DNA of 64,000 bases from an uncultured Anderseniella sp. (GCA_964390445.1 CAYMJJ010000002.1:7057-71056), one strand, 5' to 3'; shown: positions 49,223-58,887, counted from the stretch's first letter. Notes: generated from the letters alone by a model not told the origin. Numbers and translations are program-made.

Positions 49223-50563
49223 ATGAGTTTGCCCGAGACGCATTTCGCAGACAGCCATGGTTTGAGCATCGCCTACCAGGTGATGGGCAACGGCAGCCAT
49301 GATGTGATCATCGCGCCTGGCATGATTTCGCACGTTGAACTGCTGCACGACTTTCCTGGCTACACCAGGTACCTGCGCAAACTCGCCGAGTTTGCCCGTG
49401 TCATCACCTTCGACAAGCGCGGACAGGGCCTGTCCGATGCCATGGAAGGCACGCCCACGCTTGAAGAAAGAATGGATGACCTGCTGGCCGTCATGGACCA
49501 TGCGGGCAGTAAGCGCGCCTGCATCGTGGGGTTTTCCGAAGGTGGTGCACTGGCATTCCTGGTCGCGGCCACTCATCCTTCCCGTGTCAGCCAGATCGTC
49601 GTGTTCGGAGCTTACGGAAAGGCTTGTGCATCTTTGTCCTATCCACACATGCACAGTGTGGAAACCCGCCGGACCAATCTCGCCAAGTGGGTTAAAGACT
49701 GGGGCCGGGGCGGGGGTGCGGCCCTGTCGGTGCTTGCACCGCACCTGGCAGGCGACGACACCATGTGCAAGATGTTCGCGCGCATAGAACGCTATGCCAG
49801 CACGCCATCGGCCATGCAGCACTATTTCGAGGTGAACTTCGGCATAGACGTGCTCGACGTATTGCCGGTGGTCAGGACACCCGTGCTGGTGTTGCACCGC
49901 GAAGATGACTTGCAGGTGCCTGCAAGCGCCGGCCGTCACCTTGCAGACACGCTTGCAAACGCCAGCTACGTGGATTGCGGGGCTGGTGGGCATCTGTTCT
50001 GGGTGGGGGATACAGGCCAATCATTGTCGGAAATCCGGAACTTCCTGACCGGTACTAAGCCGGCTTCCGTCGATGAAAGCCGGGTGCTGTCCACTGTCGT
50101 CATGACGGATATCGCCGGTTCGACGGAAACGGCCGAACGGCTTGGGGATGCGGTGTGGCGTGACTTGCTCGACCGGCATGATCAAATCTCCGCCGAGGTG
50201 GTTGCGCTGCATCGGGGGCGGTTGATAAAGCAGACAGGCGACGGGATCGTGGCCACGTTTGACGGATCCGGACGCGCGGTCGAGAGCGCGCAACAACTCA
50301 TCGAAACCCTGGCGACGATCGGGCTTGGCATCCGGGTCGGCATTCATGCCGGCGAGATCGAATTGCGCGGCGGCGACATTGGCGGGCTCAATGTTCACAT
50401 TGCAGCGCGCGTGATGAGTCTGGCTGGCGTTGGTGAAATACTGGTGACGCGGCCGGTCGTTGACCTGATGGTCGGCAGTGCGGATTTCCGCTTTGAAGAC
50501 CGTGGGAGGCAGTCGCTCAGGGGAATTCCAGGCGATTGGGAAGTGTTCCGCGCACAGCGCTAG
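49223..50563 (+). CDS. Alpha/beta hydrolase-class III adenylate/guanylate cyclase fusion (LipJ/Rv1900c-like)
   Basis: FDKRGQGLSD, GFSEGG; cyclase TDIAGST, KQTGDG, RVGIHAGE, VHIAARV, LRGIPG. Confidence 0.92.
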   Translation: MSLPETHFADSHGLSIAYQVMGNGSHDVIIAPGMISHVELLHDFPGYTRYLRKLAEFARVITFDKRGQGLSDAMEGTPTLEERMDDLLAVMDHAGSKRACIVGFSEGGALAFLVAATHPSRVSQIVVFGAYGKACASLSYPHMHSVETRRTNLAKWVKDWGRGGGAALSVLAPHLAGDDTMCKMFARIERYASTPSAMQHYFEVNFGIDVLDVLPVVRTPVLVLHREDDLQVPASAGRHLADTLANASYVDCGAGGHLFWVGDTGQSLSEIRNFLTGTKPASVDESRVLSTVVMTDIAGSTETAERLGDAVWRDLLDRHDQISAEVVALHRGRLIKQTGDGIVATFDGSGRAVESAQQLIETLATIGLGIRVGIHAGEIELRGGDIGGLNVHIAARVMSLAGVGEILVTRPVVDLMVGSADFRFEDRGRQSLRGIPGDWEVFRAQR

Positions 50564-50564
50564 G

Positions 50565-51527
50565 TTATCCGGCCTTCGCGGAGGTTGTCAGGTCGTGATG
50601 GTTACCACCGCTCAGCAACCCCTGGCGACTGACCTCTTCGAGGATCCAAGACCTGAAATGGCGAATGTCCGGGCAGCGGTGGCGGCCCTCGGCATGGGCG
50701 AACGAGTAGATCGTCCTGCGAGGCGTTTCTATGTCGAAGAGGCGGATGATACGGCCCGTTTCGAGTGCGCCTTTTGCCATCGCGTGATAGGCCAGGGCGA
50801 TGCCTTGCTGCTGTTCTGCTGCTGACAGTGTGAGTTCGCAATGGGCCAGTCGCGGCCCCCGTGGCAAACCGTTTGACTTCAGGCCGGCCTCGATGAACCA
50901 GTCCTCCCAGCCGTCATCAACCTCGTCATGCAACAGGGTCGAACGGAGCAGGTCGCCAGGCTCGCGAAGGCCCTCTCGTTCTGCAAGCTGTGCATTGGCA
51001 ACCGGGTAGCGGCTTGACTCCATCATCGGCTCCACCACAGCTCCCTGAACCGGAGTGTCGCCCCAGTGAATGACGATGTCGGCATTGTTGCGCGAGAAGT
51101 CCATGCAGGGCGCGCCCTGCGAGACCGAGATGGCGATCTGGTCGCGGCTGTCGAACCGGCTCAATCGCGGTACCAGCCAGCGTGCGGCAAACCCGGGTGT
51201 CGTCAGCACGCGCAGCCGGTCGGCAGACCTGCCGTGCGACACCCGCCGTGTGCTTGCGTCGAGTGCATCAAGGATGGGGGTCAGGTCGTTCAGGTATGCC
51301 TCCCCGGTCCGGGTCAGCTTCAGGCAATGCGGTTCACGGATGAACAGCGCTGTTCCCAGCAATTCCTCGAGGGATCGAACCTGGTGGCTGATGGCAGACG
51401 GAGTGAGGCAAAGGTCGTTGGCAGCCTCGGTGAAGTTCAAGCGCCGGGCCGCGGCCTCGAACGCCCTCAACGCGGGCAACGGCGGCAAGGCCCTCTTGAT
51501 ACCGGATGAATTTCTTTCAGCAGCCAA
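50565..51527 (-). CDS. LysR family regulator (GcvA-like); start uncertain
   Basis: LPPLPALRAFEAAARRLNFTEAA...SAISHQVRSLEELLG. The ORF-track extension to 52079 overlaps the divergent cupin and is rejected. Confidence 0.9.
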   Translation of the reverse strand: MAAERNSSGIKRALPPLPALRAFEAAARRLNFTEAANDLCLTPSAISHQVRSLEELLGTALFIREPHCLKLTRTGEAYLNDLTPILDALDASTRRVSHGRSADRLRVLTTPGFAARWLVPRLSRFDSRDQIAISVSQGAPCMDFSRNNADIVIHWGDTPVQGAVVEPMMESSRYPVANAQLAEREGLREPGDLLRSTLLHDEVDDGWEDWFIEAGLKSNGLPRGPRLAHCELTLSAAEQQQGIALAYHAMAKGALETGRIIRLFDIETPRRTIYSFAHAEGRHRCPDIRHFRSWILEEVSRQGLLSGGNHHDLTTSAKAG

Positions 51528-51541
51528 TGAAATACCTTCGT
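51506..51541. promoter_or_regulatory. Tandem LysR-type boxes between lysR and the cupin gene
   Basis: ATGA-ATTTCTT-TCAG (51506) and ATGA-AATACCT-TCGT (51527), 21 bp apart; the first fits T-N11-A, the second is degenerate. Confidence 0.45.
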
Positions 51542-51608
51542 TTGAGCCCGCCGTGCCGCAAACCTTAACATGGTCGCAGTCCAAACTGTACCTGCGAAGG
51601 AGATTTCC

Positions 51609-52064
51609 ATGTCTGACACTCATGATCCGAAACGCCTTTTCATTGCTGCAGCCTTCGTTGCAGGCATCGCCTGCGGCGCCGGCATGATTGCCGTTGCCGG
51701 GCAATCGGCCATTGCGGCAGCGCCTGCCCCCACCGAGCACAAGGGGCTGACCGTCGAAACCCTGGGGGTCATCGACGCGGCTTCGATGAAGGCCACGCTG
51801 GGGCTGGAAGGCCACAAGATGCAACTGCGCGCCATTACCATCGAACCTGGAGGCCAGATCGCCAGCCATGGCCATGAAACCAGGCCCGGCCTGGTCAAGG
51901 TCATTGCCGGGGAATGGGTCGAGGGCCGCCCTTCGGGAGAAGCGGGATTCAGCGCCGATGACAACAAGGCCGTCCTCGAAGATGAGGACACCACCCACTG
52001 GTTTTTCAACCGGGGCAGTGAACCTGCCACGGCGCTGGTCTGCGATATCGTTGCTGACAATTAG
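51609..52064 (+). CDS. Exported cupin domain protein
   Basis: Hydrophobic N-terminal segment; IEPGGQIASHGH...THWFFNRGSEPA cupin motifs; AAGGAG RBS. Confidence 0.88.
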   Translation: MSDTHDPKRLFIAAAFVAGIACGAGMIAVAGQSAIAAAPAPTEHKGLTVETLGVIDAASMKATLGLEGHKMQLRAITIEPGGQIASHGHETRPGLVKVIAGEWVEGRPSGEAGFSADDNKAVLEDEDTTHWFFNRGSEPATALVCDIVADN

Positions 52065-52267
52065 GTTGCAACAGAACACCCGCGCCGGTGTGGGCGACCA
52101 TCATCGTCCGCCTCGGCGTGAAGGTCTTTCATTGTTCCTCACCGCGGTCTCGAGACAGCTTCACCTTGACCGATCGATCTTCAGTGGTTGAGACTGGTTC
52201 CAATGGATGCTGGCCTGACGCGAGCTTTCGCCGCTACGGACACAGCAGACGCTGGGAGGACGTGGTG

Positions 52268-54163
52268 ATGAGAGCTTTCGCTGTAATCGGACCCTCGCAA
52301 TCGGGCAAGACAACCCTGACAGGCGCGCTGGCGCAGCTTGAAGATGCCCGGCCCATGACGTCGCGGCTGTTTGGTGAGGCAGCCATTACCACCTTCGGGT
52401 TCATGGGCGACCGCTGGGCGGCGCTGGACGTGCCGGGCGGCCACGACAACCTTTCACAGGCCGGGCCGGTGCTGGCGGCGTGCGATGCGGCAGTGCTTTG
52501 CGTTCCCGCAGAAATCGAGGCGGCAGTGCTTGCCGCGCCCTTTCTGCGGCTGCTCGAGGACGCGGGGCTACCCACCTTCATGTTCATCAACAAGATCGAT
52601 ACTGCAACCGACAGGGTTTCCGATGTTGTTGCGTCCCTGCAGCCGTACTGTGCTCACGGAATCGTACTGCGCCAGATCCCCATCCGCTCCGGCAACGAGA
52701 TCACTGGCGCAATCGACCTGATTTCCGAGCGTGCCTGGCAGTACCGCGAGAACCAGCGTTCTGCTCTGGTGGAACTTCCCGAAAACATGCGCGAGCGCGA
52801 AACAGAAGCCCGCGCAGGCCTGATGGAAACGCTGGCCGATTTCGACGATCACCTGCTCGAACAGATCATAGAAGACCAGCGCCCGCTGAACGAGGAGATC
52901 TACAAGGTTGCAACCAGCGTGCTGCAGCACCATGATCTCGTACCCGCCCTGATCGGTTCGGCCACCCGCAGCAACGGTATTCTGCGCCTGATGAAATCGC
53001 TGCGTCACGAGGTGCCGCCGGTTGAATCGCTGCGCAAGAGGTTGGACCTGCCAGCCAAGGTGCTGGCGGCAGGGTGCCTGGCAGACCATGTCAAACACCT
53101 TGGCAAGATCGTCCTTGTCAGGAGCCTCGCGGAAACACTCCCGGCTGGAAGCCAATTGAACGGGGCAACAATCGGCAGCCTCAACGGGATCGACTGCAAG
53201 AGCGCCGTTGCGTCTTTGGCAGCGGGTCAGTTCGGCTGTACCATCAAGAGCGATCACCTGTCGCCCGGCCTCTTCTACACGGCAGGCAGTGTGCATGAGC
53301 CGCCGCAGTGGGCGCAAGCATATCCACCGGCTTTTCGTCGCCTGGTCCGGCCGGTCCACGAGAAGGACGAGAACAAGCTGTCTGCCGCGCTCACGCGGCT
53401 GGCAGAAATCGATCCGGGGCTGACCATCACACATGATGAAGCGACGGGCTTGCTGCAGGTGGGCGTGCAGGGGGCCCAACATCTCAAGCGCATCACCGGA
53501 AAGCTGACCGAGGCCTTCGGTATCGATGTTGAGTGCTCAGAAGTTGAAACAACGCTGTTCGAAACCATCCGCACAACCGTCGAGACACATCATCGCCACC
53601 GCAAGCAATCAGGCGGTGCGGGCCAGTTCGCCGATGTCGTCGTCACCGTGTCACCGGGCGCACCGGGCAGCGGCTTCGAGTTCAGGGATACCGTGAAGGG
53701 CGGGGTCGTTCCCCGCAATTACATACCCGCCGTCGAAGCCGGTGCACGTGACGCCATGGCCGCCGGGCCTGCCGGTCACCCGGTCGTTGATGTGTGCGTG
53801 ACGTTGCAGGACGGCAAGGCGCATTCGGTCGACAGTTCGGATTTCGCCTTCCGGACTGCGGCCAAGAATGCTGTTGGCGAAGCCCTGGCAGAGGGCGGAA
53901 CAACTCTGTTGCAGCCCATCCTCAAGGTCACCCTGCAGGTGCCGTCGGTATTCGTGGGGGGTCTGGTGCAACTGGTTACGAGCGCGAAGGGGCAGGTGCT
54001 CGGCTTCGAGGCGCACCCGACTGCCAAAGGCTGGGACGTATTCCAGGCGCTGTTGCCGTCGGTGGCGCTGGAAGACCTCTCACGCGGCCTCGGCAGCGTG
54101 ACGCGCGGCACGGCGTGGTTCACCAGCGAGCTTGACCACTACGAGGAAACCCGCACCGGCTAG
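52268..54163 (+). CDS. Divergent elongation factor G paralogue (EF-G2/EFG II-like), 631 aa
   Basis: GPSQSGKT, DVPG, NKID, KQSGGAGQF, GGVVPRNYIPAVE, HSVDSSDFAF; GGGAGGA RBS. Confidence 0.92.
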   Translation: MRAFAVIGPSQSGKTTLTGALAQLEDARPMTSRLFGEAAITTFGFMGDRWAALDVPGGHDNLSQAGPVLAACDAAVLCVPAEIEAAVLAAPFLRLLEDAGLPTFMFINKIDTATDRVSDVVASLQPYCAHGIVLRQIPIRSGNEITGAIDLISERAWQYRENQRSALVELPENMRERETEARAGLMETLADFDDHLLEQIIEDQRPLNEEIYKVATSVLQHHDLVPALIGSATRSNGILRLMKSLRHEVPPVESLRKRLDLPAKVLAAGCLADHVKHLGKIVLVRSLAETLPAGSQLNGATIGSLNGIDCKSAVASLAAGQFGCTIKSDHLSPGLFYTAGSVHEPPQWAQAYPPAFRRLVRPVHEKDENKLSAALTRLAEIDPGLTITHDEATGLLQVGVQGAQHLKRITGKLTEAFGIDVECSEVETTLFETIRTTVETHHRHRKQSGGAGQFADVVVTVSPGAPGSGFEFRDTVKGGVVPRNYIPAVEAGARDAMAAGPAGHPVVDVCVTLQDGKAHSVDSSDFAFRTAAKNAVGEALAEGGTTLLQPILKVTLQVPSVFVGGLVQLVTSAKGQVLGFEAHPTAKGWDVFQALLPSVALEDLSRGLGSVTRGTAWFTSELDHYEETRTG

Positions 54164-54177
54164 GGCAAGTGCCGTCA

Positions 54178-54283
54178 CTAGAGCATCATTCGATCAGATT
54201 GAATCATCTGATCGGATAAAGATGCTCGTTTTCATAGTGTTAGAGCAACTTTAGCCGTTCAGCTCGAACGGCTGTTGCTCTAG
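54178..54283. repeat. Full-length (106 bp) RIME/Bru-RS-like double-hairpin element, copy 2
   Basis: CTAGAGCATC...GATGCTC hairpin, spacer, then TAGAGCAAC...GTTGCTCTAG hairpin; CTAGAGCA/TGCTCTAG terminal inverted repeats. Confidence 0.85.
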
Positions 54284-54293
54284 GTGCCCCGAC

Positions 54294-54320
54294 AAAAACG
54301 GAGCCCCGAAGGGCCCCGTT
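54294..54320 (-). terminator. Intrinsic terminator of sodB
   Basis: Minus strand AACGGGGCCC-TTCG-GGGCTCCGTT-TTT. Confidence 0.85.
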
Positions 54321-54346
54321 CAAGAACCGGACTGATACAGGTGGCC

Positions 54347-54955
54347 TTAGCTGCAGGCTTCGGCGTGCAGTTTCTCGACGTATTCCCAGTTGACCAGGTT
54401 GTCGATGAAGGCTTCGAGGTACTTCGGGCGCGCGTTGCGGTAGTCGATGTAGTAGGAGTGCTCCCACACGTCGCAGCCGAGGATCGGGTGGGCGCCGTGC
54501 ATCTGCGGGTTCTCGCCGTTTGGCGTCTTCATCACGGCAAGCTTGCCGCCCTTGACGGCGATCCACGCCCAGCCTGACCCGAACTGGCCCTTGCCGGCCT
54601 CGATGAAGTCTTCGCGCATCTTGTCGTAACCGCCGAGGTCTGAGTCGATGGCCTTCTGCAGCCCGCCGGGCAGCTTCTTGCCGCCGCCGTTCGGCGTCAT
54701 CCAGTTCCAGAAGTGGACGTGGTTGACGAACTGGCCGACCTGGTTGATCACCGGCTGGTCGCTGTTCTTGAAGGCTTCGGCACAGATGGTGTCGAGGTCC
54801 TTGCCTTCATACTTCGAACCTTCGAGCAGCTTGCTGCCAGCGTCGGCGTAGGCCTGATGGTGCTTGTCGTGGTGGAATTCGAGCGTTTCCTTCGACATGT
54901 AGGGCGCGAGCGCGTCGTAGGCGTAGGGGAGATCGGGAAGTTTGAGAGCAGCCAT
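54347..54955 (-). CDS. sodB: Fe/Mn superoxide dismutase
   Basis: LPYAYDAL, HHDKHH, NHVHFW, FGSGWAW, DVWEHSYY; GGAGG RBS before ATG 54955. Confidence 0.95.
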   Translation of the reverse strand: MAALKLPDLPYAYDALAPYMSKETLEFHHDKHHQAYADAGSKLLEGSKYEGKDLDTICAEAFKNSDQPVINQVGQFVNHVHFWNWMTPNGGGKKLPGGLQKAIDSDLGGYDKMREDFIEAGKGQFGSGWAWIAVKGGKLAVMKTPNGENPQMHGAHPILGCDVWEHSYYIDYRNARPKYLEAFIDNLVNWEYVEKLHAEACS

Positions 54956-55024
54956 TGATATAGCCTCCATTGTCTTTTCAGGTTTCGAAGTACAGTTCAG
55001 TCAACGCGCAGGCTGGACAGAAGT

Positions 55025-56239
55025 TCAGAAGAACGCCTGGATGCCGGTTTGCGCGCGGCCAAGGATGAGCGCGTGCACGTCATGGGCACCTTCATAGGTG
55101 TTCACTGTTTCCAGGTTCACCATGTGGCGGATCACGTGATACTCGTCCGAGATTCCGTTGCCGCCGTGCATGTCGCGCGCCATGCGGGCGATGTCCAGCG
55201 CCTTGCCGCAGTTGTTGCGCTTCATGATGGAAATCGCGACGGGTGACACGGTGCCAGCCTCAAGACCGCGGCCCAGTGACAGGCAGCCGTGCAGGCCAAG
55301 GGTGATTTCGGTCTGCATGTCGGCGAGCTTCTTTTGCACCAGCTGAGTGGCGGCCAGCGGACGGCCAAACTGCTTGCGGTCCAGCGTGTACTGGCGGGCC
55401 CGGTGCCAGCAGTCTTCCGCTGCGCCGATGGCACCCCAGGCAATGCCGTAGCGCGCCTTGTTGAGGCAGCCGAACGGGCCGGAAAGCCCGCGCGTGTTGG
55501 GCATAAGGGCGTCTTCGCCCACTTCCACGTTGTCGAGCACGATCTCGCCGGTGACCGAGGCGCGCAGCGAGAACTTGCCCTCGATGGTCGGCGTCGAGAA
55601 ACCCTTCATGCCACGTTCGACGATGAAGCCGTGAATGCCTTCGTCTTCCAGCTTGGCCCACACCACCGCGATGTCGGCGATGGGCGAATTGGTGATCCAC
55701 ATCTTCGCGCCGTTCAGCACGTAGCCGTTGGAGGTGCGCTTGGCGCGGGTCTTCATGCCGCCGGGGTCGGAACCGGCATCAGGCTCGGTCAGGCCAAAGC
55801 AGCCGACCATTTCGCCGGTGGCAAGCTTGGGCAGGTACTTCATCTTCTGTGCTTCCGAGCCGTACGCCTCGATCGGGTGCATGACCAGCGAGTTCTGCAC
55901 CGAGATGGCCGAGCGGTAGCCGGAGTCAACGCGCTCGATCTCGCGCGCGATCAGGCCGTAGGCGACGTAGCCAAGACCGGCGCCGCCGTACTTCGGGTCG
56001 GTCATGATGCCCATCAGGCCAAGTTCGCCGGCTTCATTCATGATCTCGCGGTCGAAGCGTTCTTCGCGGAACGCCATCTTGACCCGGGACATGAGCTTGT
56101 CCTGGCAGAAGTCGCGCACGCTGTCGCGGATCATGCGCTCTTCCTCGGTCAGGTGGCTTTCCAGGTCGAGCGGGTCTTCCCAGTTGAATTCCGCAATGGC
56201 GTGCGGTTTTGCGGAAATGGAATGGGCAGCTTCTGCCAT
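55025..56239 (-). CDS. gcdH: Glutaryl-CoA dehydrogenase
   Basis: [53 protein letters not shown]. Confidence 0.93.
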   Translation of the reverse strand: MAEAAHSISAKPHAIAEFNWEDPLDLESHLTEEERMIRDSVRDFCQDKLMSRVKMAFREERFDREIMNEAGELGLMGIMTDPKYGGAGLGYVAYGLIAREIERVDSGYRSAISVQNSLVMHPIEAYGSEAQKMKYLPKLATGEMVGCFGLTEPDAGSDPGGMKTRAKRTSNGYVLNGAKMWITNSPIADIAVVWAKLEDEGIHGFIVERGMKGFSTPTIEGKFSLRASVTGEIVLDNVEVGEDALMPNTRGLSGPFGCLNKARYGIAWGAIGAAEDCWHRARQYTLDRKQFGRPLAATQLVQKKLADMQTEITLGLHGCLSLGRGLEAGTVSPVAISIMKRNNCGKALDIARMARDMHGGNGISDEYHVIRHMVNLETVNTYEGAHDVHALILGRAQTGIQAFF

Positions 56240-56352
56240 GGGTCATAGCCTCCGGATAAATTGAAGCGGGGTCTGATTTTGCGCGGCAATGTGCGCCGGA
56301 TTGCCGTTTGACGCAAGGTTTGCAGGTGCACAATTCCTGTGCGTGGAGCGCA

Positions 56353-58431
56353 TCACGCCTTCCCCGTTACCATCAGCCCGAAGGCGTAGACCAGCGCCAC
56401 CTCTTTCAGCCGGTCGAAGCGGCCGGGCGCGCCGCCGTGGCCCGCGCCCATCTGCGTTTTCAGCAGCAGCAGGTTGTCGTCGGTCTTGAGTTCGCGCAGC
56501 TTTGCCACCCACTTGGCCGGTTCCCAGTAGGTCACGCGCGGGTCGGTCAGTCCGCCAACGGCCAGGATGTTGGGATAGGCCTTCGCTGTGACGTTGTCGT
56601 AAGGCGAGTAGGCGCGCATGTACTCGAACGCCTCCTTGCTGGCGATCGGGTTGCCCCATTCGTTCCACTCCGGCGGGGTCAGCGGCAAGGTATCGTCGAG
56701 CATGGTGTTGAGCACGTCGACGAACGGCACTTCAGCAATCAGCCCGGCGAACAGTTCTGGTGCCATGTTGGCCACCGCCCCCATCAGCATGCCGCCGGCA
56801 CTGCCGCCTTGTGCCACGATGTTGCCTTGCGTCGTGAAGCCTTCCGCCACCAGGTGACGGCCTGCGGTGATGAAGTCCTCGAAGGTGTTCTTCTTGGTCA
56901 TCATCTTGCCGGCCTTGTACCAGCCGTAGCCCTTGTCCTTGCCGCCGCGAATGTGGGCGATCGCATAGATGAAACCGCGGTCGGCCAGCGACAGGATGTT
57001 AGTGTTGAACGCGGCCGGGATCGAGATGCCGTACGAGCCATAGCCGTACAGCCACACCGGCGATGTGCCGTCCAGCGCCGTGTCCTTGTGGTAGAGCAGC
57101 GAAATCGGCACCAATTCGCCGTCCGTAGCCTTGGCCATGATGCGGCGGGTGACGTAGTTATCCGGGTTGTGGCCTGACGGTACTTCCTGCGTCTTGCGCA
57201 ACGTGCGCTCCCGGGTGGCCATGTCGTAGTCGAACACCTGGCTCGGCGTGGTCATCGACGAGTAGGTGAAGCGCAGGCTCGTGGTGTCGAACTCGTAGCC
57301 TGCCGACATGCCCAGCGAATAGGCTTCCTCGTCAAAGGCGATCGCGTGTTCCTCGCCAGACCCAAGGGCGCGGACGATGATGCGCGGCAGGCCGTTGGCC
57401 CGCTCCAGCCGGGCCAGATGTCCGGCGAATACGGCCATGTCGATGATCAGCGTGCCCGGCGTATGCGGTACCAGGTCTTGCCAGTTCTCATGGGCCGGAT
57501 TGTCGACCGGGGCGGTGACGATCCTGAAGTCTTCGGATTTGTTCGAGTTGGTCAGGATGTAGAGCTGGCCGCCACCTTCATCGACCGAGTATTCGTGACC
57601 TTCCTCGCGCGGTGCAATGACCCTGGGCGGCGTGGTTGGGGCAGCGGCCGGGATCAGCCAACACTCGGAGGTCTGGTGGTCGTGGCAGTCGATGATGATC
57701 CAGTCGCCGGACTGGCTCTTGCCGCACGACATGAAGAAGCCGGGGTCCTTCTCCTCGTGCACCAGCACGTCGGCGCTGGCCGGTGTGCCGATCTCGTGGC
57801 GATAAAGTTTTGACGGGCGGTGGTTCTCGTCGAGCCGGATGTAGAACACATGGCGGCTGTCTGCCGACCACACGGCACTGCCACTGGTGTCGGATAACTG
57901 GTCGGCGAGGTTTTCGCCGCTCGCAGCATCGCGCAGCACGAGGGTGAAATATTCCGAGCCCTTGTCGTCGAAACCATACGCCACGATTGCATGGTCAGGC
58001 GAGTGCGAGGCACTACCGAAGCGGAAATACTCCTTGCCCTCGGCCTCCTTGTTGCCATCGACCAGCACGGTTTCGGCACCACCGTCACGCGGCGTGCGGA
58101 TGAACATCGGCTGCTGGCCGCCGGTCACGAACTTTACGCCGTAGGAGTAAGGGCCGTGGGGCGAAGGTACGGAGGAATCGTCTTCCTTGATGCGGCCCTT
58201 CATTTCAGCGAACAGCTTTTCCTGCAGCGCGCCGGTGGGGGCCATCTGCGCGGCGGTATAGGCATTCTCGGCTTCCAGGTAGGTGCGGATCGACGGTGTC
58301 AGCACGCCGGGATCCCGCATCACGTCCTGCCACTTCGCATCGCGAAGCCAGCCGTAATCGTCAGAAATTTCAATGCCGTGAAAGGTGCGGGAGACGGGCT
58401 GTTTCTCAGCCCGTGGCGGCGTGTTTGTCAT
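56353..58431 (-). CDS. ptrB: Oligopeptidase B (S9A)
   Basis: DDYGWLR, YGYGSYG, GGSAGG, DPRVTYWEPAKW, AGHGG. Confidence 0.94.
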   Translation of the reverse strand: MTNTPPRAEKQPVSRTFHGIEISDDYGWLRDAKWQDVMRDPGVLTPSIRTYLEAENAYTAAQMAPTGALQEKLFAEMKGRIKEDDSSVPSPHGPYSYGVKFVTGGQQPMFIRTPRDGGAETVLVDGNKEAEGKEYFRFGSASHSPDHAIVAYGFDDKGSEYFTLVLRDAASGENLADQLSDTSGSAVWSADSRHVFYIRLDENHRPSKLYRHEIGTPASADVLVHEEKDPGFFMSCGKSQSGDWIIIDCHDHQTSECWLIPAAAPTTPPRVIAPREEGHEYSVDEGGGQLYILTNSNKSEDFRIVTAPVDNPAHENWQDLVPHTPGTLIIDMAVFAGHLARLERANGLPRIIVRALGSGEEHAIAFDEEAYSLGMSAGYEFDTTSLRFTYSSMTTPSQVFDYDMATRERTLRKTQEVPSGHNPDNYVTRRIMAKATDGELVPISLLYHKDTALDGTSPVWLYGYGSYGISIPAAFNTNILSLADRGFIYAIAHIRGGKDKGYGWYKAGKMMTKKNTFEDFITAGRHLVAEGFTTQGNIVAQGGSAGGMLMGAVANMAPELFAGLIAEVPFVDVLNTMLDDTLPLTPPEWNEWGNPIASKEAFEYMRAYSPYDNVTAKAYPNILAVGGLTDPRVTYWEPAKWVAKLRELKTDDNLLLLKTQMGAGHGGAPGRFDRLKEVALVYAFGLMVTGKA

Positions 58432-58488
58432 GGGTATTCCTGCAGGTGGTGGAACCAGAGCGTAACGGTAGCGCTGCCGCCAGTGTGA

Positions 58489-58887
58489 TCAGTCTTCCTT
58501 CACGAAGTCCAGCGCAACGCCGTTCATGCAATAGCGCTGGCCGGTTGGCTGCGGTCCATCGGGAAACACATGGCCCAGGTGCCCGTCACAGGCGGCACAG
58601 CGCACTTCCGTGCGGCGCATGAAGAGGCCACGGTCCTCGTGTTCGGACACGGCGTCACCGGTCACAGGCTCGTAGAAGCTCGGCCAGCCGGTGCCGGAGT
58701 CGTACTTGGCCTCTGATGTGAACAGCGGGTTGCCGCAGCCGGCACACACGTAGGTGCCTTCGGCCTTGTTGTTGTTGAGAGGGTGCGAGAAGGCCCGTTC
58801 CGTGCCGTGCTTGCGCAGCACGCGAAACTCTTCCTCGCTCAATTGTTCGCGCCATTCGGCTTCGCTCTTGCGGCGGTCTTCAACCAT
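58489..58887 (-). CDS. msrB: Peptide-methionine (R)-S-oxide reductase
   Basis: GTERAF, two CxxC, GTGWPSF, HLGHVFPDGP, RYCMN. Confidence 0.96.
   Translation of the reverse strand: MVEDRRKSEAEWREQLSEEEFRVLRKHGTERAFSHPLNNNKAEGTYVCAGCGNPLFTSEAKYDSGTGWPSFYEPVTGDAVSEHEDRGLFMRRTEVRCAACDGHLGHVFPDGPQPTGQRYCMNGVALDFVKED

Noticed and set aside
51528-52079. N-terminal extension making the LysR ORF 504 aa
   Set aside because: It overlaps the divergent cupin gene; the LysR HTH starts near 51490.
58451-58475. GGAAC-N16-CGCT possible EcfG promoter
   Set aside because: The -10 element is mismatched, and it points antisense into msrB with no gene to drive.
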